A model generated the notes under the pieces. That model was not told where the DNA came from. It did not search any database and saw only the letters and a list, made by a program, of their open reading frames with translations. Below, in pieces: positions 51,326 through 64,000 of a stretch of 64,000 bases of DNA (position 1 is the first letter of the stretch; every line of letters starts with the position of its first letter). Where the stretch lies: NCBI GenBank assembly GCA_013265495.1, contig MU057930.1, positions 1,008,057-1,072,056 on the forward strand, written 5' to 3'. The stretch is from Vicugna vicugna (lineage: Eukaryota). The translations under genes and the position numbers were made by a program.

Positions 51326-51489
51326 AGGCCAGAATTTGTTTGCTTTTTTCTTTCTTTTGCCTCTTAATTTGCTTAAGAGCTTTACACGTATCCATCAATT
51401 TGTTAAGGAATTTTGGCATCACGAACACTCTGATCTGCGTCAATCAACACAATCGAAGGGTGAAAATCTAGTCTTTCCTTAAGTCCTGC

Positions 51490-51680
51490 TGTCACAGCTT
51501 GAATCGTACCACTCCTCTCCAAAAAACAATTCTACATTTAAGCCCTAACTCCCAGGACCTGTGCATGGGACCTCCGGAATTAGTGACTTTTACAGAGGTC
51601 CTCAAGTTCAAGTGAACAACCTTCTTCATTAGGGTAGGACCTCATCCACGGGGTCCTTCTAAGAAGAGAGACGAGGACCC
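51490..51680 (+). mobile_element. MLT1 LTR 5' fragment, followed by a (CCTT)n tract at ~51698-51820
   Basis: tgtcacagcttgaatcgt..aagccctaactcccaggacc..cattagggtaggacctcatcca..gtccttctaagaagag. Confidence 0.65.
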
Positions 51681-53197
51681 ATGAATTTCTGTTCATTTTC
51701 CTTCCTTCCTTCCTTCCTTCCTTCCTTCCTTCCTTCCTTCCTTCCTTCCTTCCTATTCTTTCCCTCTTTCCTTCCTCCCTCACTCCATCCTTCCCTCCCA
51801 ATCTCCCGTCCTTCCTTTCTTTTAAATTAACTACATTCTGTTAAATTTTGCCCTCTTAGACACTTTTTTTTTAAATCAGCAAAACACAGTTAACAGGAAG
51901 AAATCCCCGTGCCCATTTCAGCCCGTGCTTCCAAACCCTTTGACAAACATCGCAGAGTCCTTTCAGCAATGTGGGTGTAACTCACGGCCCCCGGCAGGCA
52001 GTCCCCACCTCCTCCCTAATTCTGTCCACGCAAGTACTCTCCACGCGAGGAGTGAAGACAAGTTAGCAGATGAAAGGGACACCGGGAAGACTGTGAAATT
52101 AAATTTAGCCACCACCTGCCAGCAGGGGCTGCTTCTGCTCCCCAGAATGACTGGCAAGCCTCAGGAGCGAGGGGAAACGGGCCTGCCTGGTGTCCGCCCT
52201 GCACGAGTCAGGGGAGGGACAGTCAGAAGCCGGACTGATGATGCGGCTGCAGTTTCTGCCGCAGAGATGCAGCCAGCGCCGGGAAGTCAGGTGCTCAGGA
52301 AAGGAAGCCTTTGGCATGTCCCGATTTTATTCATGACGCCTTTCTAACAACAGTGTCGGCTGAATGCTCAGACGTCCCCACAGGTGCCCTTGGGCAGGCA
52401 GCCGACAAACGCTGCAAGCTGGTAAATAAAGAACGAAGTGGGTGAAAGCGGGATTGGTTCGTTTAGAAAAAAAAGAAAAAAGAAAGAGAGAGACATAAAA
52501 ATGCAGAACAAATAGGAAGCTTCTGAATTGCAATGTACATCCCCGAAATGAGAAAGCCAACAGGAACACGCAGTGCATTCATAAGCTGTTTAAGTTTGAA
52601 ACAGAATCTTCTCTACTCAGATAAGCAATCTGCGAACACACTTGGTAGGGATCAGCTGCCCTCACCCACGGCACCTTCTGCATGTTTATCCTGCTCTGGC
52701 TTTCACGTCAGTTGTCCAGAATTTATTTCCTTGGGTGAAAACAAAATTAATTTTTTCTTAATTGCAAATGTTTTAGGTCAAGCTGTTGATGGCTGTTGCA
52801 ACCTGGGGTTTTTTTGTTTTAGGGTCACATTTATATTGCTGTATGTGCACATATGTATTATGCAGGTTTATATATTTATACATTTATTCTACATGCATAT
52901 GATACACATATGTTGCATTGTATTTAGTATAAATACAGCACATTTTATATATTTATATATTTTATATATTGATATATTTATGCACATACTCATAACTACT
53001 GATAAAGCCAGTGACAAATCTGCAATTGTATGTGGCTCTTAGATAGGTGAAATTTGTTCATCCCCCCAAATGCCAGGTATCTTTATTACTAACAGACTAG
53101 AATCTCTGTGTAATTTTACTCTGTAGAATTCTTCATATGGAGAGAAGGCCGATTCTGGGAAAATATAATGGTGCTGTAACCAGTAAAGAAATGGTGA

Positions 53198-53340
53198 GGG
53201 GAGGGCCTAGCTCAGTGGGATCATGCGTGCTCAGCGTGCAGGAGGTCATGGGTTCAATCCACAGACCCTGCATCAAATAAATAAATAATAATAATAATCA
53301 ATTAATTGATTAACCTAATTACCTCCCCATATGAAAAAAA
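53198..53340 (+). mobile_element. tRNA-derived SINE (Vic-1-like)
   Basis: ggggagggcctagctcagtgg..ggaggtcatgggttcaatcc..aaataaataaata..aacctaattacctcccc tail. Confidence 0.85.
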
Positions 53341-53686
53341 ATTTTTTTAAACGATATAGTCATTTAAAGCTGTGCGTTTCCGCCAAGTCCTCCTGTAACA
53401 GAAGCCTGCTCACCTAATACGGTGCACTTTCATTTTTATGTGGTTCAAGGTACTTTGCGATTCCCCTTCTGATTTGTACTTTGACCCACTGGCGACGCAG
53501 AAGGGTGTTATCTCGTTTCCAATATTGGTGGATTCTCTAGACATGTGTCAATGAGTGATTACAACTTCATGCCCCTGCAGTCAGAAAACCAACATTGTAT
53601 CCATCTGGTTTTTTAAACATTGAGACTTAGTTTTAGGTGCCGAATACGGTCTAACTTAAACATTCTGTGTCCGTTGATCATTTATA

Positions 53687-54009
53687 CAGGCATGCCTCAT
53701 TCTACTGTGTTTAGCTTTACTGCAGATCACAGATACTGCATTTTTTTTTTTTTTTACAAATGGAAGGTTTGTGGACACCGTGCATTGTCAGGGTTAGCAT
53801 TTGTTAGAAATAAAGTGTGTCTTAATTAAGGTTTGTACGTTGTGTTTGTAGACATAATGCTACTGCACACTTAATAGACAACAGTATAGTGTAAATGTAA
53901 CTTTCATGTGCACGGGGAAAGCAAAAACATTGCATGATTGCCTTATTGTGATGTTTGCTGGCTTGAGGTGGTCTGGAACTGGACCCCCAATATCTCCGAG
54001 GTAAGCCTG
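53687..54009 (+). mobile_element. Internally deleted Tigger1 with both termini
   Basis: TA|caggcatgcctc ... gaggtaagcctg|TA: TIRs and TA TSD. Confidence 0.85.
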
Positions 54010-54049
54010 TATGCGTCTTAGAAGGAAGCTCCCTCAGACTTACAGGGTA

Positions 54050-56390
54050 CAAAAATATTCAGTGCCCAACAGGGTAAATTTGACAATGTCTACCATCCAA
54101 ACGCACATATCTAGACAGGGGAAGTAGTTGAGAAATGTAACTGAGAAGGCAGAGAATAAAATAAAGTGATCCAGATGGACCCATGACTGGCCCAGAGGGT
54201 AGACTACACACAGAGCAACCCTAAGTGGTTGTTATAACTGTATGTTATATGCTCACAAAGTTAGCAATGGGTAAGGCATAAAATGACCTAAATCAAACAT
54301 CTCAATATGAGACCTGCAGTGGGGAGATGGGAAATCTACGGAGCGGAATTTGCAGCAGATTAGAATTTGCAGGACAAATAAATGACTGGGTAAAGAAGTT
54401 GCGGTACATTTACAATAAATATAGATGTATTTATAATAAATAAATTTATAATAAATAAATTTATAATAAATATACCAGAACTTCTTTATCCAGTCACCAA
54501 CATACAGACATGACAATAAAAATTCTACAAATCAAAACACTGAGAAAATAGATTTAAAAAAATATGGAATAGAAATTCTGTGAGCTGTGGGAAAACTTTA
54601 AACACCCTAATATGCATGTAATTGAGTTTCCTGATAAAGAGGATCACAAAAAACATATCTGAAGAAATTATGGGAAATCACTTTCCACAGCTGATGTAAA
54701 TTTGTAACACCAAGCTCCAAGAAGCCCAGTCAATGTCAAGGACAGAAATTATGAATTAAACTAGGGTTTATCAGAATTGTAAGATGATCCTAAAGCAATC
54801 TTTAGGGGGGAAAATGCATAGCATTCCATAATAAAATTGCTTAAACTGTACTGATTCAGAGAAAATCTGAAAGCACCCAGAAATAAAAGTTAGCTTACAC
54901 ACTACAAGGGAAAGAGCAAGAATGGAGCTTTCTTGTGAGAAACGATGCCAGCAAGAAGAGAATGTATAACGTCTTTAAGATGCCGAGAGGGGGGAAAGTC
55001 AATCAACAACCATATAGCCAGCAAAAATATATTTTAAAATTAAAGATGATGTGGACGTTTGCAAACACACAAAAGCAGAAAGACTTCAGTAGAACAGAGC
55101 AGGCTGCAGGAAATGCTGAGGGCACCCTTCAAGAGGAGGAAAACTTATACCAGGTGTGATTATGGAAATATGGATTTATACAACGGAAGGAAGGAAATCA
55201 GAAATTGTCACCTCATGGAAAAGGAGTAAGTTCTTTTTTTTCTTTTTAATCTCTAAAGATAACCAGCTGCTTCCTCAATCGTGACAGCAATGTGAAAATT
55301 ATAACTAATGGATAAACATTTTTTCCTTATTATTTAAATCTCTTTAAAATAATTGCCTCTTCAAGCAAATATGATTTGGAGAGGCGGATTATAACTTGCG
55401 CACATGTAAAATGAATGGTGACATTAGCACAAAGTCTATGAGGGGAGAAACGCAAATACACGCTGGAAATATTCTTATACTCTGCGTGAAATACACTGTC
55501 ACTTGAATGTAGATTGTGAATAATACCTACTATGAATCCTACAGCGACTAACAAAATTACAAAATAGTCACAGCCAACAAACAATGGAAATAAAACAGAA
55601 CCATAAAGAAAATTCAATTACTATGAAAGAAGTCAAAACTCGGAAAAAGAGAACAAAAAACAAATGAGACCAAAAAAAAAAAAAAAGAGAAAAAAAGAGA
55701 AAAAAAAAAGCAGATCATCTTTCAAACTCTCATACGTCAACAATAATGTTAAACGTCAAAGGTCTTCAAACTCCAATTGAAAATGGAGTTTGTCAAGTTG
55801 GACAAAAGGCAAGATTCAACTCTATGGTATGCTGACAAATATATATGTTCCTTATAAAACATTTAAATAAAAAGACACAGGAGGTTAAAAGTTACTTGAG
55901 AGAGAAAAGTTATCCATGCTGCCTATGATCAGAAGACATTTGGTGTGGCTACACTGCCATCAAAGGCTGTTTCACAGTGAAGAATGTTACCAGTGATAAG
56001 GTTACTTCTTAACAATACAAAAGTCAATTGATTGAGACAATGTAAAATACTAAACGCTTATGCACCTAATAACAGGGCCTCAGAAAGGCAACTAAAACCA
56101 AAGGGTTTGCAGGGACAAGCAGAGAAATTCGTAAGTTCAGGTTAATTAAGATTGAAGTGCCCCTTTCTTAAGAACTGATAGAAAAAGGAGACAGAATAAT
56201 TAACAGGAGATCACACATTTGTTCAACACCATCAAGCAATGTGTGCTAACTGTCATTTATGGGACAGTTCACCCACGTAGAGCCAAACAGACTTTATTTT
56301 CAAGAGAACACATTTGGCAGGTTAGACCCTATTCTGAACCACAGCACTTTTCTTAATAAACTTAAGATGACCCTGGTCATATCTATCGCA
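54050..56390 (+). mobile_element. Decayed old L1 (ORF1, inter-ORF and EN start)
   Basis: gagctgtgggaaaactttaaac..taatatgcatgtaattgag..tccaagaagcccag..tatagccagcaaaaatat..tatgcacctaataacagggcctca. Confidence 0.7.
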
Positions 56391-56391
56391 T

Positions 56392-56434
<43 letters not shown>

Positions 56435-57169
56435 AAGTTCACATTGAAAAAAAATAAAGTGTAGTTGATTTAACATTTTAAATAAGAGAGTTTTGGAATC
56501 TTTAAGGTGGGGAAAGGAAATATGAGTTATCTTTTAAATTTGTATAGAGGGTTCCTGGCTGTCTTTGTTTTCTGTGCTTGATTTTATATCTATAATACTT
56601 ATAATTAAAAAAATACCATTAAAGTCATTTATTAAATACTGTTGGATTTTTTCCCACTTGTGTAATAAGTATAAATTAGGACTGCAAGACAAAAATCTAG
56701 TGAAAGGCATGGGTGCTCACAATAGTCAAATTTTTGTACCCTAGAATTCCATTTCATAAGAAATGCAAAGACTCTTTAATTTTTTTTCTTTCTTCAGATA
56801 CAACATCCTGAGGGATTTCATTTGAAATTTCAGGCCTGACAAAACGCTCTCCGAGGGCAGATAACTATCAGACTTCAAAAGACCTTGAATAAAGGCTTTG
56901 TTCCAGCATTAAAGGAAGCGGATTTGACCCTGGGGTGCTGAGAATTGTGTGTTAACAGAGTGGCTTAAAGGATGGAAAAGAAAGAAATTATATGTACATG
57001 CATACAAATCTCAGTAGTAACGCCTCCGAGCCTCACCTCCGCGTGCTGCAAATGTGTGGACCCTCTTGAGATCTTATGAGAAACCAGGAGCGAGGGCAGC
57101 TTCCGAAATGGCTCTGGAGGAGTGATTACTGGTGACAGGAGGAGGAAGTTACTGGGCTCTGGATGTGCT

Positions 57170-57345
57170 CACTAAGCTCATCGCGTGGGACTTACTGGCC
57201 AGTATGACCTCCGCAGTTCGAAGCCTGACCTTCTCGGCGGGGGCGGGGGGGGTGGTGAGAAGCAAAGACACCCGCCAGAATTCATCGTGGCGGAGTCTGG
57301 ACGTCACCGGGGGGCAGGCGGGAAGCGGCGTGGCCACCGGTGACT
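57170..57345. promoter_or_regulatory. Small CpG-rich element with GC box, E2F-like and CRE-like motifs
   Basis: ggggcgggg, ggcgggaa and gacgtca in a CpG-dense ~175-bp stretch. Confidence 0.3.
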
Positions 57346-58090
57346 GAGTCAAAGATGTAAGTGGAACTGAACTCAGAGCCTGACTTTTTTTTGACTCTCA
57401 GTCTAAATCCTACCAAGCAGGCCATGCCCAGGGTGTGATCCACAGCAAAACCACAACTTTTGTAGCTGACACCCATCTAACGTTTTACTAAAACATCACC
57501 TGACCCTTCTTTTCAGGATGGAAATTGCTTTTGTCAGCTCAGTGCAGACAACTGTGGGGAAGCCGGCATCTGCTAACACGTGCGGACTGGCGCGGACCCA
57601 GGCGGGTGTTAGACCAGTGTGCACAAGCCGCAGGGACAGAGCCTCGTCCTGTAAACCCGGTCACTTCTACGACACGCTTCGCCTGTTTGTTTTTTTCTTT
57701 TCTGAACAGGCGATGGGCATGAAAGTTTTACAACATGATAAACATTTCCAAAAGTGTTTCTACGCCTGCAAAGATTCCCCAGCTGTTGGGTATTTATTTG
57801 AAAGGATTTACCAGGCTCTATGGAGCTTAATATATAAAAGTCTTATTTAAAGGCGAAGAAAAAAGATAAGGAGAGGGAGAGAGAGGTCAGAGATACAGAG
57901 ATGGAGAGAGACAGAAACAGAGAGATAAAGAGGAGAGTGACAGAGATGATGGAGGCAAACCTGGGGCTCCAAGACACACCCCAGGCAGCAAGCAGTTCCC
58001 TGAGTTTTCACTCTGCACCTGTATTGTGCTCTGTCTCAGAATTGGACCACCCATATCTGGAGGGAACCTCGATTCCTTCCTGGTTAAGGC

Positions 58091-58739
58091 TGATACAGGA
58101 AAATGAATGTGGGGCAAGAGGGTGGCCGGGTCCCAGGTCTCAGTTGAGTCCCTGGGACATGCCCCACCAAGTGTGGATCCTTGGCTTCACACAGGGAAGA
58201 ATTCAAGAGCGAGCCACAGGCGAGTAAAGGCGGATTTATTCAGAGAGACATGAACTCCACAGACCGAGTGCAGGCTGGCTCAGAAGCCAAGAGAAAGGCC
58301 ACGAGATGCGAGGGTGGGCGCTCAGCAGATACGCACTCCATAGACAGAGAGCGCGGTCCACCTCACTCAGAAGCGTGAGCAGCCACGAGGTGCAGGGCTG
58401 TTCGTTTTTATGGGCTCAATTATCTCAGATGCTAACAAGGGGGAGGATTTTTCCAACGAAGTTGGGGAATCGGCGGGGATTCCCACGATTTGGGCCACCA
58501 CGCACTTTCTGACGTTTTGTGGTTAGCCTTGGAACGGGCTGTGGTGCCCGTGGGGCTGTCACTGAGCATGCTGATATATTACAGTGAGCGTGTAATGAAG
58601 CGCAAGGTCTCCTGGAGGTCAAATCTCCCGCCATCTTGGGCCTCAAGGTCTACTGGGGGTTGAATTTTTCACCACGTTGGTGTTAATGGCTATGTTATTT
58701 CTTGAATGGCTGTACCCTGCCCGCTTCCTTCCTGTCTTA
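58091..58739 (-). mobile_element. ERV1 solo LTR (MER4/LTR39-like) with an internal ~75-bp duplication
   Basis: TG start, TA (for CA) end, TSD-like AGGC/AGAC, ccgccatcttgg motif, AATAAA on minus; duplicated units at ~58241-58309 and ~58323-58393. Confidence 0.8.
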
Positions 58740-61700
58740 AGACTGCACAACAGAAGTTCCCAGCAAGCTTTGAATCTCCCTTTGTACCTAACTGGTGAAG
58801 ACAACTGGACACCATCGAGAAAGACTAACTCTTGGAATCACCATGAGAACTGTGGACAATTCCCACTGCCCCGCCTTGTCCAAAAACCAGAGAAAGAGAG
58901 AAGGCTTTTCCCAGTCAGCTGTGAATCAACTCTCCTCCTGATAATTCTTACATTCATCTTGGAGGGGGGTGGGTGGGCAATGCATTCGGGAGCTAACCAA
59001 GGGAGGAAGATGTATTTATTGACTGATCCTTGTCTCCGCAGGGTCACATGTAATGTGATGCTCAGAATGGATTCACCTTAGAACTGGACCCGATTATGTG
59101 TCAACAACGCTGGAAAGACGAAACAAATGTTACAGTCAGGTCTTGAAACTCCAACGTCTACAAATGAGGAGTGGGTAGACTCCCAGGCTGGCGAAAAGCT
59201 GCTAGATTAGAGGCTACTTCAGTAAGTACCACAAGCAAAAACACCACCTCCACCAGCACCACAAGTTAAAAGCAAGCAGAGCCAAGTACACGAGGTTGAA
59301 CTCCTGTGACCGCCATGAGATCTGATCAAGTAAACACGAGGTGCCTCCCACAACAAGAATTGTGATCCTCGGGGTACTATGTGATTTGTGAGGTCACATA
59401 CACTCTCCCCTAGCCACTGGGGTCTAACAGGTCAGGGATGAACTTGTTACGTAAGACTTTCTCCATCTGCTGAGTGTCTTCCCATGTCCCCGTCAGGTGG
59501 ACCATCTCCAAGAAGCTGAGTTGGAAGAAATAGGCTCGTTCCACCTCAAACCCTTACCCCACCAGCTACGCCCAGAGTCCGCCATGGAAAATCTCATGCT
59601 GGGTAATACTGACCTAAGAGAAGAGTTCCCAAGCCCAGTGGATTGTCTTCCTATGAACATAGGATCTCTAACACCTGTCGCACAACCACTGCACGTTTTG
59701 ATGAGAAGCTTAAACCTTTAGATCATGTACATCAAAGTAAAGGACATAGCGATTCAACATAAGTTTGTCATCACGATCGTGCAACAATCCCTTTTAATTT
59801 TTTTCTTTCTCTCTCTTTTTATTACTATTTTTTTTTTAATTTCACGTTGAGATGGCTTCCATGAAGCTGTGCCAGGATTCCGATCCCTTTGTCTATTAAG
59901 GTGACAGCTGTCTGTTGCAAGTGATTTGAAAACAGTGGCCGGACGGCGTGCAGACGTCAGACAATTAAGCAGGTAACTGAAAACGTTCTTACAGAAATAG
60001 GCAAGTGATTAAATATCCCTGAGCAGCTGTAATCCGTCCACTTGTTCCTTGGGAAATGTCTGGATGTTGAATAAATATGTCACCCCTCCACCGCAGCTGA
60101 AAACATTTGGGTAACGCTCGCCTGCGGACTTCAGTGTCGAGTTGTAAGCTGTTTAGTCCCACCCCTCAAAGTAGAGCCAAAGAATATTGGTTCTCATTTG
60201 AAAACTAAATGTATATGCGTTTATTTTTGTTTGTTTGTTTGCTTTTTCCCAATTAGAAAGAGGAGATTTGGAAAACATTTAAAGGGAAGTCAAAGAAACA
60301 GGAGCGGAATGGAAGACTGGCTTTTACACACGCTGTGGTGGCAGCTGAAATGTTTCTGCGCGTTCGTGGGAAAGCGGGGTGGCCCCACGCGGTGCTCGGA
60401 GCGCGTTCTCACAGCGATCTCAGGCCAGAAGTGGCTGCAGTAGGCATCCTTCTTCGCTCACAGCGTGTCTGGAAGGGCATCCGCCAGGGCAGACTCATAG
60501 CGAATGCTCCCTAAGACTTTCGAGTCTTGACTTGGGTGAGCTCAAGCCACGTGACGTGCCTTCAAGCACAGAGGACGCGCAGCAGGGCTCCCCTGGGTCA
60601 CCCAGTCTCCTCCTCCTCCGCCCGCCCCTCTCTGTGCTTTACAATCAGACACGTTCTAAAAAGCAGCGCCGCGGTAAGAGAGAGGAAGCGTTGCATTGAA
60701 TGGGAGCGCGTTTAAGTCACTGGAACCAAGTCTTGTTAGCATGAGGCCAGTATGAAAAATGTTGTACCCATAAAACACATTGAAGCGGGGTCCCACTGCA
60801 TTATGAGGCTGTTTTACCAGATCGCTGAGCTCATGTCTGTTTGCTGCTTGGGGCCTCCCCACGTGATGGTGATCAGAAAAGGAAGCCTGCAGACCAAGGC
60901 AAGGCAGAGTTTCAGGGCAGGGCAGCAAGAAATATTTTGTCCCTTTCGTTCGAGGAGAAGACACTTGTAGAAAAACCATCGAGATGCCAGCTTGAGCCCC
61001 CACCCACGTTCTGCAAGAGCCACTGTGTAACTTGACTTCCACATTCGCCCTTCTGCGCTGTCAAGTTTTGAAACAATTTTTCAGATAGGGCCACCATTCT
61101 AAGCGTCTCCCAGTTCTGGGAACAGGACAGCCCTCTTTTACCTGACTTTTCCCTCAAATAAATAAGGAGTATTACTAAGCCGAGTGTCTGTTACTGATGA
61201 CACAGTTGTCAGCCTTTCCCCACTTTGGAGTGTCCCCAATTATTAAGTCAGTTGTGGGACTTCCCTTGCGAAAGCAACAGAATTGTACATACTGGCTAAT
61301 TCTGTTTCTCCTTCTCCCGTGGAGTGGCGTGGCTCCACACACAGGCATGTCCAACGTCAACTCCTGCTTTAATAAGCGGGAAGGGCTTCGGTGAGGCCAA
61401 GGCTAGACTCTGGCTGTTGGCTGATGGGGAGGGTTCCCTTCATAGTCTCAGAATGGTGCCCGCCGTGTCCTGTGTTCCCGGCATCTTCACCCCAGTGAGA
61501 AGGGAAACAAAAAAAGCCAGGACAAGACTTGTCCGCTGAGGTGGGAAAGGCACTGCGGTGTGTGTGGTAAGCCCCGTCCTGGGGTCTCAGCTCCTGCCAG
61601 AGACGTACTGGTTATACTGGGTGGGCGTTTGAGGAGAGAAGCCAGAAATGAGGCACGTGCTGGCCGTCAAAGCCGCACGCGCTCAGCCAGGCCAGGGGTA

Positions 61701-64000
61701 CCGGCAAGGACAGATCAGACGTGCTGCTCCTGGGAAAGGCAAGAATCGCTCGTGTCTAGAAGCAAATTTCTACTCACTTAGGACCCAGTCTTAACTGTCA
61801 AGCCCCAGAGAGAGCGCTGCCTGTGGTCCACTCGCTGGTGCTGCCACCAAGCCCACGTACACGACAGATCTACTGCAAATGCCACAAATGCCACATATTC
61901 TGCCAGACCTCGCACTTCAACCGCGGTGTGTTCTTCAAGAAGAAACCTAGTCTTTTTTCTACTTGGCTTCCCCATCCCCCCTTGGCACTGTCTCAGCCGA
62001 TGTTTAGTGCATTTGTTTTAGACAAATGGGTTTTGAGAAGGTGGGTGCACGCGAGGGGAGGCAAGACATTCAAGGAAACAGAATTGGGATTTGGCGGGTG
62101 GGGGGTGCTTGCATGTGAAGGTGATGAGGAATGTGCCTCCTGGTCCCCTGAGCACTGGACGAGCACATAACCTGAAGTTTAAACACAGAGAACTTCAGAG
62201 CAAAACCCGCTCACACCTTGTCACTGTGGTGCCTCCACCAGGAGTCTGTCTCCAACTTTTCAAGGCCGTCATGGGCGCCATATTGGGAAAGATCACGCAT
62301 TAGAAGACCTGTGGTCCTGTCTTGACTCTGAAACTTTCCAGCAGGAAGACACTGCGTTGGACCCAAGACAGAGCTTGAGTTTAGGAAACCAAAGTGGTCA
62401 TGAATATCTTTCCTTCCATAACATAACTGTGCAGCCAAAACAAGATGACCAGAAAGGATCGCGGATAGAACATAGATTTATGGAAATGTATTGGAGTACT
62501 TGGAAGGGACTTCCATATTTTTAGCATCTTGACAGGATCAATGGAAGATTGATCTTCCAAGGGAATTCAATATGGTGGGCAATGTTCATTTGCATGTATA
62601 AGTATACTTGCAGGTAAGTCAACCTAAAAAAAAGAAAATATCTAACATATTTTTATTTCTAAAACATCATCCACATGTAGGAGAAATGAAAAAAAAATCA
62701 GTAAATTAGTTCTCCAGTGGAAGTGGCCACCCAGTATTTTAAACAGAGACCGTACAGCTGGAGAGTTCAGCTCTGAAATCGTAGGACCAGTTTCAGAGGA
62801 CCACAGTGCAGGATACCATCCAACAAGAAGACAAAATGGGAATTAAAAAATAACTAATTCCCACAGAAAATCTCTCTCAGTCATTGTGATGTGTTATCTT
62901 GTTTTATTACTGCTCAAATAGTAATGACCTCCTATAGACTGGAAGTACCACAATAATTTACACATATCTTTGTACCATGGACTTGCAAGTCACTACTGGG
63001 TGTTGATTTTACAGTCGCTAATTGTTGGCTTCTTTCTTAATTATAAAAACATTAAGATAAATTTACTCATGATTTTTTTTTTCTGAGGCGATCACTCATT
63101 TCTTTCAGATTACGTGCTTCTGCACTGGTTGAATTCTATTATGCTTCCCTAAGAGGTTACTGTTTTTCTGGCTTCAGATTTTTTAAAAGAAAAAGCATGT
63201 TTAAAAGTCAGAGAAAGGGTAAAAAAGAAAAGGTTAGAACAATGTAAGTTCTTCATCACGCTGCCAGCTAATTACACACATTGTCCCTGGAAAATGAAAA
63301 GGGCACCTCATCACGGGGACAGTTTGTTTTCTCTAGTCTGGAAAGTAATCACCTTAATTTTCAGGGTGACAGCCTGTCTATTCATGACAAACTAACTAAA
63401 TTCTGGACATACAATGCTTGCAACTCAGTGCAATTTCCCCCCCCCCCCAAATCACTGCCATGGAGTGGGGGGCAGTGAGGAGCGTTTGGGCATCTCCTTG
63501 TTTTCTTCTGATTTTTTATTTTGTTTCACCCTTCAGAGATTTTTCTGTCACTTAACATAGATTCTCAAAGCTGTTGAATATATTTTCTGATGGCGGGGTT
63601 TAAGTGCTGTTACATCCTAGAACGGAAGACGGTATATGAAAAGCTAGACTATGTGATACACAAAACAAGATAATCAGCCGAGATACTGCACAGAGGACGG
63701 ACTGATCAGCTCCCGGGGAAGAGGGCTTTCTGGGCGATCTGGTAAGGGGACTTTGGCAGGAGGACACACCAAGAAGATAAATTGCACATGTGGTGTGCAA
63801 AGCTGCAGAAGAGAATTCTACATTCGGAGAACAGTGGGTGTTCTGAACAAGATGTGGCCTCCTGAAGCTGCTGGCTGCCTCTCCCAAGATGGATCTCTGA
63901 AGAATGCAGAGAAAAAAGGGAAAAAATAGACACAGCGAGCCCATGTTTGCCTAGGGCTTTCTGAACTGGTGTGTCGATGAGGTGCGTGGAGAAGTTGATG

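Noticed and set aside
61823..62170. ORF with RQIYCKCHKCHIFC (zinc-finger- or FGF-like look)
   Set aside because: Arises from a short aaatgccac duplication; no wider similarity to a family I recognise
62536..62613. Candidate exon with perfect CAG|GTAAGT donor (similar isolated candidates at 1385-1437 plus and 38093-38140 minus)
   Set aside because: Isolated, modest acceptors and no recognisable product; such sites occur by chance in 64 kb

Overview
Mammalian, repeat-rich, apparently intergenic or intronic genomic DNA with two N gaps. The host is most likely a camelid, inferred from short tRNA-Ala-like SINEs resembling Vic-1, many L1 3' ends and no Alu, B1 or Bov-A SINEs. I recognise no host protein-coding gene. 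The long ORFs in the track are L1 ORF2 remnants, a tandem-repeat read-through (7905-9377) or N-gap artefacts. Repeats include many L1 fragments (several with TSDs), three ERV1-type solo LTRs, MLT1, Tigger1, MER20/MER5A, L2 and two SINEs. The most unusual region is 2.1-9.75 kb. It holds a twin-primed (5'-inverted) L1 hosting a nested L1 that has its 5' UTR but lacks ORF1. That is followed by a perfect 1352-bp array of 8-mers with a 32-bp higher-order period. The array abuts an ungapped inverted repeat with ~133-bp arms whose outer ends are divergent tRNA-like Pol III promoters, overlapping a candidate exon. Other points of interest are two long hairpins (25124-25223 and 28366-28451), a polyadenylated MLT1 fragment, a speculative phase-consistent exon chain (22-36 kb) and a probable CpG-island promoter hidden in the 48.8-49.6 kb gap. 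Repeat family names come from recalled consensus features, not from a database search, and boundaries without a TSD are approximate.
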